This document shows positions 1 to 8,906 of a stretch of DNA of 64,000 nt, piece by piece. Position 1 is the first letter of the stretch. Each line of letters opens with the position of its first letter. The notes under the pieces were generated by a model. It was not told the origin of the DNA. It was given only the letters and a program-made list of their open reading frames with translations, and ran no database searches. Made by a program: the position numbers and the translations under genes. The stretch lies in assembly GCA_963846425.1 (NCBI GenBank), contig CAWJVW010000005.1, positions 3,163,732-3,227,731 of the forward strand, given 5' to 3'. Origin of the DNA: an uncultured Acidobacteriota bacterium. Lineage in GTDB: Bacteria; Acidobacteriota; Vicinamibacteria; Vicinamibacterales; UBA2999.

Positions 1-425
1 GTACGCTCCCGGGGTTTTCCGCGATTCTGAGAGTCGCGCCGGAGCGTCGGTTTGGCATAGCGATCCTGACGAATCTGGATAACGCACCGCTGCGGCGCAT
101 TGCACAGGTAGTGATGGCGAAGACGTTGGGGCTGCCAGATCTCACACCGGCCACGCGCACTGAGACTGCAGTGAGCGCTGAAGAGATCAGGCCGTTCGTG
201 GGCCGCTATGAAAACCGCGGCGCCGCAGAAATTACCGTTCGGGACGGCGCCGTCGTGCTGGTACTCGATGATGGCCCCCACTTCGCTGTGACCCGCATCG
301 GCGACAACCGTTACCTCGCGCGGCCAAAACCTGGCGCCCTTGGTCCTGAGTTCGTGTTACAGCCCGCGACCGACGGGTCGCCGGCATACTTGCATCTGGC
401 CCTGTGGGCCTACGTGCGCCGCTAG
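1..425 (+). CDS. Serine hydrolase / beta-lactamase-family protein, C-terminal part (5' end outside the window)
   Basis: Frame 3 is open from the window edge (TLPGFSAILRVAPERRFGIAILTNLDNAP...) and runs into the 111..425 ORF. The pattern resembles the C-terminal half of class-C-like serine hydrolases. Stop TAG at 423-425. Confidence 0.5.
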   Translation, partial: TLPGFSAILRVAPERRFGIAILTNLDNAPLRRIAQVVMAKTLGLPDLTPATRTETAVSAEEIRPFVGRYENRGAAEITVRDGAVVLVLDDGPHFAVTRIGDNRYLARPKPGALGPEFVLQPATDGSPAYLHLALWAYVRR

Positions 426-533
426 TTGCAGCCGCAAGAAAGACAGCCATCGGCCTCGTCCGGTTGACGCCTGATAGCGTTCTCCTTACTCTTGAGGGTC
501 CATTCGCTTTTCTTTTGGGGCGAGGAGCACCCA

Positions 534-695
534 ATGCACCGTCCGAGCGCACCAGAGTTCCTGCTGAAAGTCCTCGAAGCACTCGATGATCTCCCGCCGG
601 ATTTCGCCGCACGGCTGGCGGAGGTCCTGAAGGAATCGGACGCAGATCGGTCACAAGCGATCCGGAAGCTATTCGAGGATTTCGCACGTGAGTGA
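534..695 (+). CDS. Small acidic helical hypothetical protein (53 aa), translationally coupled to the downstream ATPase
   Basis: ATG 534 is preceded by GAGGAG (522-527). Stop TGA 693-695 overlaps the GTG start (688) of the next ORF. No domain recognised. Confidence 0.35.
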   Translation: MHRPSAPEFLLKVLEALDDLPPDFAARLAEVLKESDADRSQAIRKLFEDFARE

Positions 696-2983
696 AAAGA
701 TCCAACGTGTGGTGATGCAAGCCTTCCGCGGAGTCCCGGCGGAGATGACCGTGGATTTTGGCAAGGGCGAGAGCCTCGCGGTGTACGGAGACAATGGCAC
801 CGGAAAAAGCACGATCGCCGACGCTCTGGAATGGTACTTCACGGGCGAAATCGAGCTCCTGAGCCACGAAGGACGCCAGCATGCCGTTCGCTACGTGGGA
901 GATGACGACACCGGCGTCACTTCGGTCGAGGTCGTGACCAACGGCAAGCTCGGGGGAAAAGTTGTCTTCCCGGACGAGCGGAACGCCGAGGCCATCCAGG
1001 CGACTCGCCGCGAGACGTTCCTCCTTCGCGGGCGCACGCTGGCGGATTTCATCAACAAAACCAAGACGGAGAAGTGGAAGGCGCTGGTCGAGATTCTCGG
1101 ATTGGACGCCATTGAGAGCCTTCGCGAAGACCTTCAACGTGCCCGGAACGAGCTTCGCAAGGAGTACAAGGCTGCGGAGGAGCAAGTCCAAGCGTACCGT
1201 CGCGCCCTCGCGACCGCGGGCGAAGCGGTCACTCCCGAAACGGTTCTTACGAACCTTCAGCAGATCTGCGGATTGCTCAATGTCGACCCGCCCGAGTCTC
1301 TCGATCAGGTGGTCGAACCGTCCTGGCTTGCCAAAGCGGTCGGCGCCAGCGCTGCTGGCGCCGAGCCGTCCGAGCGCGAGAACCTGCTGACCGAAGTCAA
1401 AACCCTGACCACACCGGCCCTGGACACCAGCCTGCTCCAGGCGTGGAATGCTCTCATCTCATCGGAACGGGCACGGCTTCTGCCGCGAGCCTCGCTGGTC
1501 CGGGAAGCAAAACGCCTCCTCGACACTCAGTCGAGTGACGGATGCTGCCCGCTGTGCGGGCAATCGCTCGATGACAAGGAGCTGGCGCGGCGAATCGAGA
1601 GTGCGCTCGTCGACGTGATGGAGGCGTCTCGCGAGCTCGAGCGCCTTCGCGACCCGATTGTCGAGCGTGCAGAGGACCTCGCCGAGGCTCACGAGAAGCG
1701 TCTGTCGATTCACGATCGCGCGCGATCGATGGGCCTGGAATTGCCCGGCGTGCCCGCGCCTTCTGGCGCAGGACTCCACGCGAGTGTCGACGCACTCGCA
1801 CCCATCGATGCTGCCGCGATCACGCGCTATCTCACTGAACTCCGTAAGTGGGACCGCGCAGCGAGCAAAATGGGGCGCGCGTCTTCCCCTTCCGGACCCA
1901 GCGCCCGGGACACGCAGCTCGTGATGCTGGCGGGCATTTGCCAGCAGGTCAAGAGTTGGCGCGATGCGGAGCAGAACGCTGCCCGAGCGCTCCGGGCGCT
2001 GACGCTCGCCGACCGAGTGTTCGATGCATACCAGACGAAGCAGAAAGAAGACCTGACTGAGCTTCTGAAGCAGATAAGCCGCAGGGTCGCGCGAATTTAT
2101 GCCAAGCTCCATCCCGGCGAGGACCTCGCTGCGGTGAGCATCGAGCCGTGGACGGCGAAGGGCGTAGAGCTGGCCATCGAGTTCCACGGGTCGCGCCAAC
2201 GCCCGCCGCACGGCGTGCTCAGCGAGTCACACCTCAACTCGCTCGCGATAGCGCTCTTCCTGGCGATGGCGGAAGAATTCAATGAGCAGCTCGGCTTCCT
2301 CCTGCTCGACGACGTGATCAACAGCTTCGACATCGAACACCGCGGGCCGGCTCGCAGAGCTCCTGGCAGACGGCTTTTCCGATTGGCAGCTCATTGTCTT
2401 GACGCATGACCAGCTGTTCTTCGAGCACTTGAGCCGTCGCGCGCCGTCCTGGCGGAAACTCGAACTCACCTCATGGAGCCACGCAGCCGGGCCGCGCACG
2501 ACGCGGTACGAAACCTCCGGCATTCTTGCGGTCGCACGCGACCGGCTCCAGGCGGGAGACGTCCACGGTGCGGCCGCCAAGGCCCGTCGCGGACTGGAGG
2601 AACTGCTGCAGGAAGTCTGCGAAGCGCTGTGGGCGCCGCTTCCGTTTCGACGGGGCCAGGCGAATGACAAAAGAGAGATTGGCGAGCTGTTCAAGGGAGT
2701 CCGGCGCACGCTGAAGGAGCGGGCGAAGCCCCTGTTGGAGTCGATGGAGCCCTTACTCAAGAACCTGGAGGCGGACGTGGGAGCAACGTTGAACGTGGAA
2801 GTTCACGGAAGCCGCCGCCGAGCAGCCACGAGTGAAGTGGAGGCGACCCTGAAGCGCATCGAGGCTCTGGACCAACAGTGGTCATGCCCACAGTGCAGAA
2901 CGCGCGTCTGGCATCGAGGCAACCTGGAAGCCGCTCAGTGCAAATGCGGCCAGACCTCGTTCCCGCCAGTGCGGATCGCCTAG
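688..2983 (+). pseudogene. Rad50/SbcC/RloC-like ABC ATPase with coiled-coil CxxC zinc hook and C-terminal zinc ribbon; reading frame broken by a 1-nt indel near 2347
   Basis: Walker A GDNGTGKST. Long coiled coil containing CCPLCG. Signature-like LSESHLNSL. Walker B FLLLDDVINSFD in ORF 688..2409. The expected continuation RLAELLADGFSDWQLIVLTHDQLFFEH (H-loop), then ARRGLEE...LNVEVHGS and CPQC...CKCG, lies in the +1 frame (ORF 2399..2983). Confidence 0.6.
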
Positions 2984-2991
2984 GCTTGCGC

Positions 2992-5292
2992 ATGGTCACA
3001 GAGCGCGAGACCTTGACCGGTCGCCGACTCGGTCACTACCTCGTGCTGGACGAGATCGGCCGCGGCGGGATGGGAGTCGTGTACCTCGCAGAGGATACGA
3101 GGCTCAACCGGCGAGTCGCTCTCAAGCTTCTGCGTCCGGACATCGCCGAATCGGCCGATCGTCGCGCGCGGTTTCAGCAGGAGGCACGCGCCGCCGCCGC
3201 ACTCAATCATCCCAACATCGTGCACCTCTACTCGGTGGAGCAATTCGATGGCCTGCTGTTCATCACGATGGAGCTCGTCCAGGGCCGCAGCCTGCACAAG
3301 CTTCTAGATGCTGGTAATCCGCTCCCACTCCCAAGAACGCTGGCCTTCGCTGCTCAAATGACCGAGGGCCTGGCATGTGCGCATGCGGCCGGAATCCTGC
3401 ACCGGGATCTGAAACCCGGCAACGTCATGATTACCGACGACGACCGCGTCAAGATTCTCGATTTCGGATTGGCCAAGCTTCTGACGCCGGCCTCGGTGTC
3501 GGGTCCCGAGGCCGCGACGATGGCGGGAGTGGATTCCAGTTCGGGAATGACGTTTGGCACCGCTGGTTACATGTCTCCCGAACAGGCGCTTGGAAAGACG
3601 CTCGATCCACGGACGGACCTCTTCGCATTGGGAGTCGTACTTTTCGAGATGGCCACCGGCACAGCCCCGTTCGCGGGAGACACGCTGGCGGCGGTTTTCG
3701 ATCGACTCTTGAACGAACGGCCTCCCTCACCTCAAACACTGAATCCGGCCCTGCCCGCGTCCTTGGCAGCCATCATCGACAAATCGCTCGAGAAGGATCC
3801 GGATCGACGCTACGGGTCGGCAATCGAGCTTCTCCAGGATCTGAAACAAATCGATCCCTCGAGCACTGGTCGTCCGGCCCAATCGCCAGTTCCGGCCGAG
3901 GCGAGGATGCCGTCATCGATCGTCGTGCTTCCATTCGTCGACATGAGCCCGCAGAAGGATCAGGAGTACTTTTGTCACGGCGTCGCCGAAGAGATCATCA
4001 GCACCCTGACGACAGTGCCCGGCTTACGCGTCATCTCCCGCACGTCGGCGTTTGCCTTGCAAGGAAGCAATCTTGAAATCACTGAGATCGGGAGGAGATT
4101 GAAGGTTGGCACTGCTCTCGAGGGCAGCGTCCGCAAGGCAGGTGACCAGCTGCGTGTGACGGCGCAGCTCGTCAACGCCCAGGACGGCTATCAGCTCTGG
4201 TCCAAGCGCTTCGATTGTGAGCTGTCGGACGTCTTTGCGATTCAGGACGAAGTTGCCGCGACGATTGTCAACGAGCTTCGTAGCGGGCTCGCTGGCAAGC
4301 CCGCTGGGAAGCGAGCCCCATTGAACATGGCCGCGCACGACGCGTACCTGAAGGGGATGTACGCATTACACCAATGGACCGAGGTCTCGATGCAGCGCGC
4401 CATCGCCAGCTTTCAGGACGCGATCGCCCGAGATCCGGGCTTTGCCCCGGCGTACGCCGCGTTCGCAGAGGGTCACATCTGGCTCTACTCCGGACTGGGC
4501 ATCCTTTCGGCGGCCGAGACGATGCCCCAAGCCCGATGGGCAGTCGACAAGGCACTGGAGCTCGACCCGACTTTGGCGGATGCGTACACGTTGCGCGCCT
4601 TGATCGCAATGACCCACGACTGGGATCGGCATGGAACAGCGAAAGCCATCACCCGCAGCATCGAACTCGGTCCCGGGTCCGCCGCCGCGCATCTCCGGAA
4701 TGCATGGCGCCTCGCACTGCTCGAACGGCAACATCAGCAGGCCCTCGTGGAACTCGAGGAAGCCGAGCGGCTGGACCCCCTCGACTTTCAGCTGAAGACC
4801 TTGATTGGATACATCCACTACTTTCGACACGATCTCGATCGCGCCATCCATCAGTTCGAGCAGGTACTGGCGCTGGAACCGTCGTTCGCCTTTGCGCACT
4901 ATGCGCTCGGCGACGCGTGCACGCAGCGCGGGCAATACGACCGGGCATTTGCCGAGTTCGATACGGCGATCGAATTGGGCGGCCGAACCGTGAACCACAT
5001 CGGCGTGCTGGGCTATGCCTATGGGCGGTCGGGAAACCGCGATCGGGCCGAGGCGCTGCTACAGGAGCTCACGGCACGCGCATCGCAGGGATACGTTTCA
5101 GCGATATGGATCGCCATGATTCACCTTGGTCTGTCGGATCTCGAGAGCCTGTTCCACTGGCTTGACCGCGCCTTCGCCGAACGAGACGGCTCTTTGGTGT
5201 TGATCACGGCCGCTCTGGAGTTCGATCCCGTGCGTGAGGATCCTCGATTCAAGTCACTCCTGGGAAGGATGGGGCTTGGGCACTTGAGTTGA
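2992..5292 (+). CDS. Ser/Thr protein kinase with C-terminal TolB-N-like and TPR region
   Basis: GRGGMGVVY glycine loop, VALK, HRDLKPGN, DFG, SPEQ. The C-terminal half has TPR-like repeats. The ATG at 2992 is chosen because the longer ORF start (2878) overlaps the preceding gene. Confidence 0.9.
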   Translation: MVTERETLTGRRLGHYLVLDEIGRGGMGVVYLAEDTRLNRRVALKLLRPDIAESADRRARFQQEARAAAALNHPNIVHLYSVEQFDGLLFITMELVQGRSLHKLLDAGNPLPLPRTLAFAAQMTEGLACAHAAGILHRDLKPGNVMITDDDRVKILDFGLAKLLTPASVSGPEAATMAGVDSSSGMTFGTAGYMSPEQALGKTLDPRTDLFALGVVLFEMATGTAPFAGDTLAAVFDRLLNERPPSPQTLNPALPASLAAIIDKSLEKDPDRRYGSAIELLQDLKQIDPSSTGRPAQSPVPAEARMPSSIVVLPFVDMSPQKDQEYFCHGVAEEIISTLTTVPGLRVISRTSAFALQGSNLEITEIGRRLKVGTALEGSVRKAGDQLRVTAQLVNAQDGYQLWSKRFDCELSDVFAIQDEVAATIVNELRSGLAGKPAGKRAPLNMAAHDAYLKGMYALHQWTEVSMQRAIASFQDAIARDPGFAPAYAAFAEGHIWLYSGLGILSAAETMPQARWAVDKALELDPTLADAYTLRALIAMTHDWDRHGTAKAITRSIELGPGSAAAHLRNAWRLALLERQHQQALVELEEAERLDPLDFQLKTLIGYIHYFRHDLDRAIHQFEQVLALEPSFAFAHYALGDACTQRGQYDRAFAEFDTAIELGGRTVNHIGVLGYAYGRSGNRDRAEALLQELTARASQGYVSAIWIAMIHLGLSDLESLFHWLDRAFAERDGSLVLITAALEFDPVREDPRFKSLLGRMGLGHLS

Positions 5293-5296
5293 TCCG

Positions 5297-7279
5297 CTAA
5301 TCGAGCTTGCGCTGCGCGAATCGCGCGAGAATCATGGCCAGCGCGAGGAACAGCAGCCCGCCCAGAAGGTGTCCCATGACGTCTTCGCCATGCAGGAACG
5401 GCAAGGCATTGCCGACTGCCTGGAATGGCGCGATGGCCCCTGTGCCGACCAGGATGGCAAACAGGATCCCGGCTAGCGACCCGCCGGCGATCAGACCGGA
5501 GCTGAACAGCGTGCCCGAGCTGATATCGGAGTCCGATGTCACGCCGGTCTTACGCTCCACGAACCAGCGAACCATGCCGCCGACAAAAATGGGCGCCGTC
5601 GTTGCAATCGGCAAATAGGAACCGACGGCGAACGACAGCGATTGGATGCCGCAGAGTTCCAACGTGATCGCGATGAAGATGCCAACCAGCACCAGCCCCC
5701 ACGGCAGTTGCTGGTCGAGGAGCCCGCGGATGATCGTCGCCATCAGGGTCGCCTGAGGCGCCGCCGCCTGTTGCGAGCCGATGCCGAAGGTCTGGTGCAT
5801 ATAGAGCAACGTCCAGCCGATGACGAATGCTGATGTGATCACACCGATGGCGAGACCGAGTTGCTGGTAGAGCGGCGTCGCGCCGACGATGTACCCCGTC
5901 TTGAGATCCTGCGAGGTGTTGCCCGCGTTCGCGGCAGCGATGCAGATGATTGCGCCGACTGACAATGCGACCGGCGCGTAGATGCTGTCGTTCCATCCGA
6001 GACCGACGAAAATCACGCACGTGATGATGAGCGTCGCGATCGTCATGCCTGAAATGGGGTTCGAGGACGATCCGATCAGCCCGGTGATTCGTGACGACAC
6101 CGTGGCAAAGAAGAACCCGAAGAAAATGACCAAGACTGACACGACGAGGTTGCCCTGGGTCGGAAGGCCCGGCATCACTGCCAGGAAAATCGCGAGGGCG
6201 AGCGAGCCCGCGAGGACAACCGTCATCGGGATATCGCGCTCAGTGCGTAATTGACCGCCGGATGCTGCCGTGCCGAATCCCTTCAGCCCCTCACGCGCCG
6301 ACGACACGATCGTCGGCAGCGTTCGACCCAGCGTGATCAATCCTGCTGCGAGTACAGCGCCAGCGCCGATGTACCGGATGTACGCACTCCAGATTTGACC
6401 CGGGCTCATCTCGGCAATCAGGAACGGCTGGCCGGTCGCCGGGTTGAGCGCATTTGCCGGCGTGATGGGTGGAAATGGCGTCGGAATAGCCGAGCCCATG
6501 ATCGACATCAACGGCAGCAGCACCAGCCACGACAGCACACCACCGGCCACCATCGTCCCTGCGATCCGTGGGCCGATGACGTAGCCAACACCCATGTATT
6601 CGGGCGAGATGTCGATGTTGACCGTGGCGTTGGGAAACAAGCCGGTCCGCGCAAACGAATGCCCGACTTCTGTTCGAAACAGGTTGAAAATCCAGGAGAG
6701 AGACTTCCACAGCGCGCCGATGCCGAGTCCGCTGAACACGAGCGCCGCCAGTTTGCCGCCGCGTTCGCCTGCGACGAGCACCTCGGCACAGGCGGTTCCT
6801 TCGGGATAGGGCAGCACGCCATGTTCCTTCACGATGAGGGCACGGCGGAGCGGCACCATCATCAGCACCCCGAGAATGCCGCCGGCAAACGACAGCAGCA
6901 GGATTTGTGTGTAGTTGAAGTACGCCGGACCGTGCGGCACGAGGAAGATCAGCGCAGGAATCGTGAAGACGACGCCGCCGGCGACCGATTCACCCGCCGA
7001 CCCGATGGTTTGGACGATGTTGTTTTCGAGAATCGTCGATCCGCCGAGATGCTTGAGCACTGAGATCGCCAGAACGGCAATCGGAATGGAGGCCGACACG
7101 GTGAGCCCGGCGCGCAACCCGAGATACACCGTGGATGCGCCGAAGATCACGCCGAAGAGAATGCCGATCGCGATGGCTTTGGCAGTGAACTCGGCGGGCG
7201 AGTCAGAGGCGGCGACATACGGTCGAAATCCCCGGGCGTGCTCGACGGGCTGAGCCGTACGGGTCGTCGGAGTGGCCAT
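5297..7279 (-). CDS. OPT family oligopeptide transporter
   Basis: 660-aa polytopic membrane protein. The N-terminal [37 protein letters not shown] pattern is typical of OPT transporters. Confidence 0.85.
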   Translation of the reverse strand: MATPTTRTAQPVEHARGFRPYVAASDSPAEFTAKAIAIGILFGVIFGASTVYLGLRAGLTVSASIPIAVLAISVLKHLGGSTILENNIVQTIGSAGESVAGGVVFTIPALIFLVPHGPAYFNYTQILLLSFAGGILGVLMMVPLRRALIVKEHGVLPYPEGTACAEVLVAGERGGKLAALVFSGLGIGALWKSLSWIFNLFRTEVGHSFARTGLFPNATVNIDISPEYMGVGYVIGPRIAGTMVAGGVLSWLVLLPLMSIMGSAIPTPFPPITPANALNPATGQPFLIAEMSPGQIWSAYIRYIGAGAVLAAGLITLGRTLPTIVSSAREGLKGFGTAASGGQLRTERDIPMTVVLAGSLALAIFLAVMPGLPTQGNLVVSVLVIFFGFFFATVSSRITGLIGSSSNPISGMTIATLIITCVIFVGLGWNDSIYAPVALSVGAIICIAAANAGNTSQDLKTGYIVGATPLYQQLGLAIGVITSAFVIGWTLLYMHQTFGIGSQQAAAPQATLMATIIRGLLDQQLPWGLVLVGIFIAITLELCGIQSLSFAVGSYLPIATTAPIFVGGMVRWFVERKTGVTSDSDISSGTLFSSGLIAGGSLAGILFAILVGTGAIAPFQAVGNALPFLHGEDVMGHLLGGLLFLALAMILARFAQRKLD

Positions 7280-7300
7280 GGGGCGGAATCATAACAGGAC

Positions 7301-7508
7301 GGGTGCGACAGGTGCGACGGGTGCGCTAGGTGCGATGGGTGCGGTGCGGTGCACGGGTGCACCGTGTACGGGTGCACAGGTGCACAGGTGCGGCGCAGAG
7401 GTGCGGTTGCGGGCGTGCGGGTGCGGTTGTCACAGGTACTGGCGGCGCCTGTCTCGCACCTGCACCGCACCTGTCGCACCGAGCGCACCTGTCGCACCCA
7501 GCGCACCC
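7301..7508. repeat. Inverted pair of degenerate 9-bp-period tandem arrays (GGTGCGNNN x13, then GCACCNNNN x7)
   Basis: GGTGC occurs on the plus strand at 7302, 7311, 7320, 7329, 7338 ... 7420. GCACC occurs at 7456 ... 7476, 7485, 7494, 7503. The block fills the divergent OPT/rex intergenic region. Confidence 0.9.
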
Positions 7509-7533
7509 GAAGTGATATCCTGTTTTCGGGCTT

Positions 7534-8199
7534 GTGAATTCACAGAACAAGCGGAAACCCAGCAACGAGCAAGTTTCCGAGCTCACGACCAACAGGCTCT
7601 CTGTTTACCTGCGCTGCCTGACGCAGCTCGAATCATCTGGCGTCGAAACCATCTCCTCGCAGGCGCTTGCCGAGCAATTCCATTTGAACGCCGCGCAGAT
7701 CCGCAAAGACCTCGCGTACTTCGGTGAGTTCGGCGTCCGCGGCGTCGGCTATTACGTCAAGGATCTCAAGCGGCATCTGCGACAGATTCTCGGACTCGAC
7801 CGCAAGCTCCGCGTGGCCGTCATGGGCGCAGGCAATCTCGGACAGGCGCTTGCCGACTACCCGGGATTTCGACGGGAGGGCTTCGAGATTGTGGCGCTCT
7901 TCGACGTGGCCGATAGCAAGATTGGCGACGAATCCCGGAGCGGCGTGCCAATTTTCGACATTCGCGAACTGAAGCGCCTCGTGCGTAAGGACCGGATCGA
8001 CATCGCCGTCATCGCGGTGCCGGCAGAGTCCGCACAGCCCGTGCTCGAACAGGTTGTCGGGGCCGGCATCAAGGCTATCCTGAACTTCTCGCCGGGCGCC
8101 TTGAAGGCACCACCCGGAGTGAAACTCAAGAGTGTGGACCTCACGGTCTCACTCGAAAGCCTGTCGTTTTATCTCGCGCAGGGCATCGACCCCGATTAG
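7534..8199 (+). CDS. rex: Redox-sensing transcriptional repressor Rex
   Basis: N-terminal winged helix (RLSVYLRCL...ISSQALAE), FGxxGVRGVGY, Rossmann [10 protein letters not shown]. Confidence 0.9.
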   Translation: MNSQNKRKPSNEQVSELTTNRLSVYLRCLTQLESSGVETISSQALAEQFHLNAAQIRKDLAYFGEFGVRGVGYYVKDLKRHLRQILGLDRKLRVAVMGAGNLGQALADYPGFRREGFEIVALFDVADSKIGDESRSGVPIFDIRELKRLVRKDRIDIAVIAVPAESAQPVLEQVVGAGIKAILNFSPGALKAPPGVKLKSVDLTVSLESLSFYLAQGIDPD

Positions 8200-8251
8200 G
8201 ACGACGACTCAGGCCACAGGTCGAAGATCACGACAACGGACGCTTTCTCTT

Positions 8252-8812
8252 ATGCACCGACGTGTGAAACCGCCGCGCCTCAGCCACGTAGACGCCGATG
8301 GTCGAATCCAGATGGTGGACGTGGGCGCCAAGCCGGTCACCTCGCGCGAAGCGGTGGCTCGCGGCACGGTCAGCATGTCTGCCACCGCGCGGCGGCTCGT
8401 CCGATCCGGGCAAATCAAGAAAGGCGACCCCCTGCAGGCCGCACGGCTTGCCGGCATCATGGCCGCCAAGCGCACATCCGAGCTGATCCCGCTCTGTCAT
8501 CCGCTGCCATTGACTGTTGTCAACGTGGAGATAACCCCGACTCCTAGCGGCTATGCCCTAGAAGCCCGCGTCCGAACGTCCGCGCAGACCGGCGTGGAAA
8601 TGGAGGCGCTCACCGCGGTCGCGGTGGCGGCTCTCACGCTGTATGACATGGTGAAAGCGGTCGACAAGGGGATGGTGATCGGAGAGATGTGCCTTCTCGA
8701 GAAGCGGGGCGGCAAATCAGGTGAATATAGACGAACGAAGAACGAACAACGAGGAACGAAGAACGCAACGAAGAACCGGGAACGAGGAACGAAACGGAGA
8801 ACGAAACCGTGA
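8252..8812 (+). CDS. moaC: Cyclic pyranopterin monophosphate synthase MoaC, with a repeat-encoded C-terminal tail
   Basis: [47 protein letters not shown]. The last ~25 aa ([27 protein letters not shown]) are encoded by the left arm of the 8731-8904 repeat. Confidence 0.9.
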   Translation: MHRRVKPPRLSHVDADGRIQMVDVGAKPVTSREAVARGTVSMSATARRLVRSGQIKKGDPLQAARLAGIMAAKRTSELIPLCHPLPLTVVNVEITPTPSGYALEARVRTSAQTGVEMEALTAVAVAALTLYDMVKAVDKGMVIGEMCLLEKRGGKSGEYRRTKNEQRGTKNATKNRERGTKRRTKP

Positions 8813-8904
8813 ACCGACGTTCGCCGTCGACCGTTGACCGTTCCGTTTTTTGTTGTCCGTTCCCCTGTTGCGTTCTTCGTTCTTGGTTTTTAGTTCTTAG
8901 TTCC
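8731..8904. repeat. Inverted pair of ~7-bp-period arrays (GAACGAA-like, then TTCGTTC-like)
   Basis: GAACG at 8733, 8740, 8754, 8761, 8780, 8787, 8799. CGTTC at 8818, 8839, 8858, 8871, 8878. GAACGAAGAACGCAAC is present in both arms in complementary orientation. Confidence 0.85.
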
Positions 8905-8906
8905 CC

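Noticed and set aside
2878-2991. Longer N-terminal extensions offered by the ORF track (kinase 2878, moaC 8132, acyltransferase 9637, lepB 15329, MoxR 39849, DUF58 40906, C13-like 49395, LeuA-like 53581, gltA 57252)
   Set aside because: The extensions overlap the preceding gene and are Arg/Pro-rich. Internal starts give N-termini that match the family pattern and leave short spacers or 4-nt overlaps.
7301-7508. Possible CRISPR arrays at the short-repeat loci (7301, 8731, 9893, 31479, 47436, 51319, 55800)
   Set aside because: The units are only 7-9 bp, directly abutting, with no unique spacers. The arrays are degenerate and often followed by their complement. No cas genes are in the window.
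7533-7544. Perfect 12-bp palindrome TGTGAATTCACA overlapping the rex start codon, considered as a Rex operator
   Set aside because: The half-sites match Rex boxes (TGTGAA / TTCACA), but canonical operators have a spacer of several bp between the halves. With zero spacing this is not a standard site. It is kept only as a note for anyone defining the Rex regulon.
7272-7727. ORFs translated through the repeat arrays (7147..7506, 7272..7727, 7326..7592, 7330..7515, 7349..7537; likewise 8634..9122)
   Set aside because: Their products are periodic low-complexity peptides in several overlapping frames on both strands. They are explained by the nucleotide repeat and have no start or SD support.
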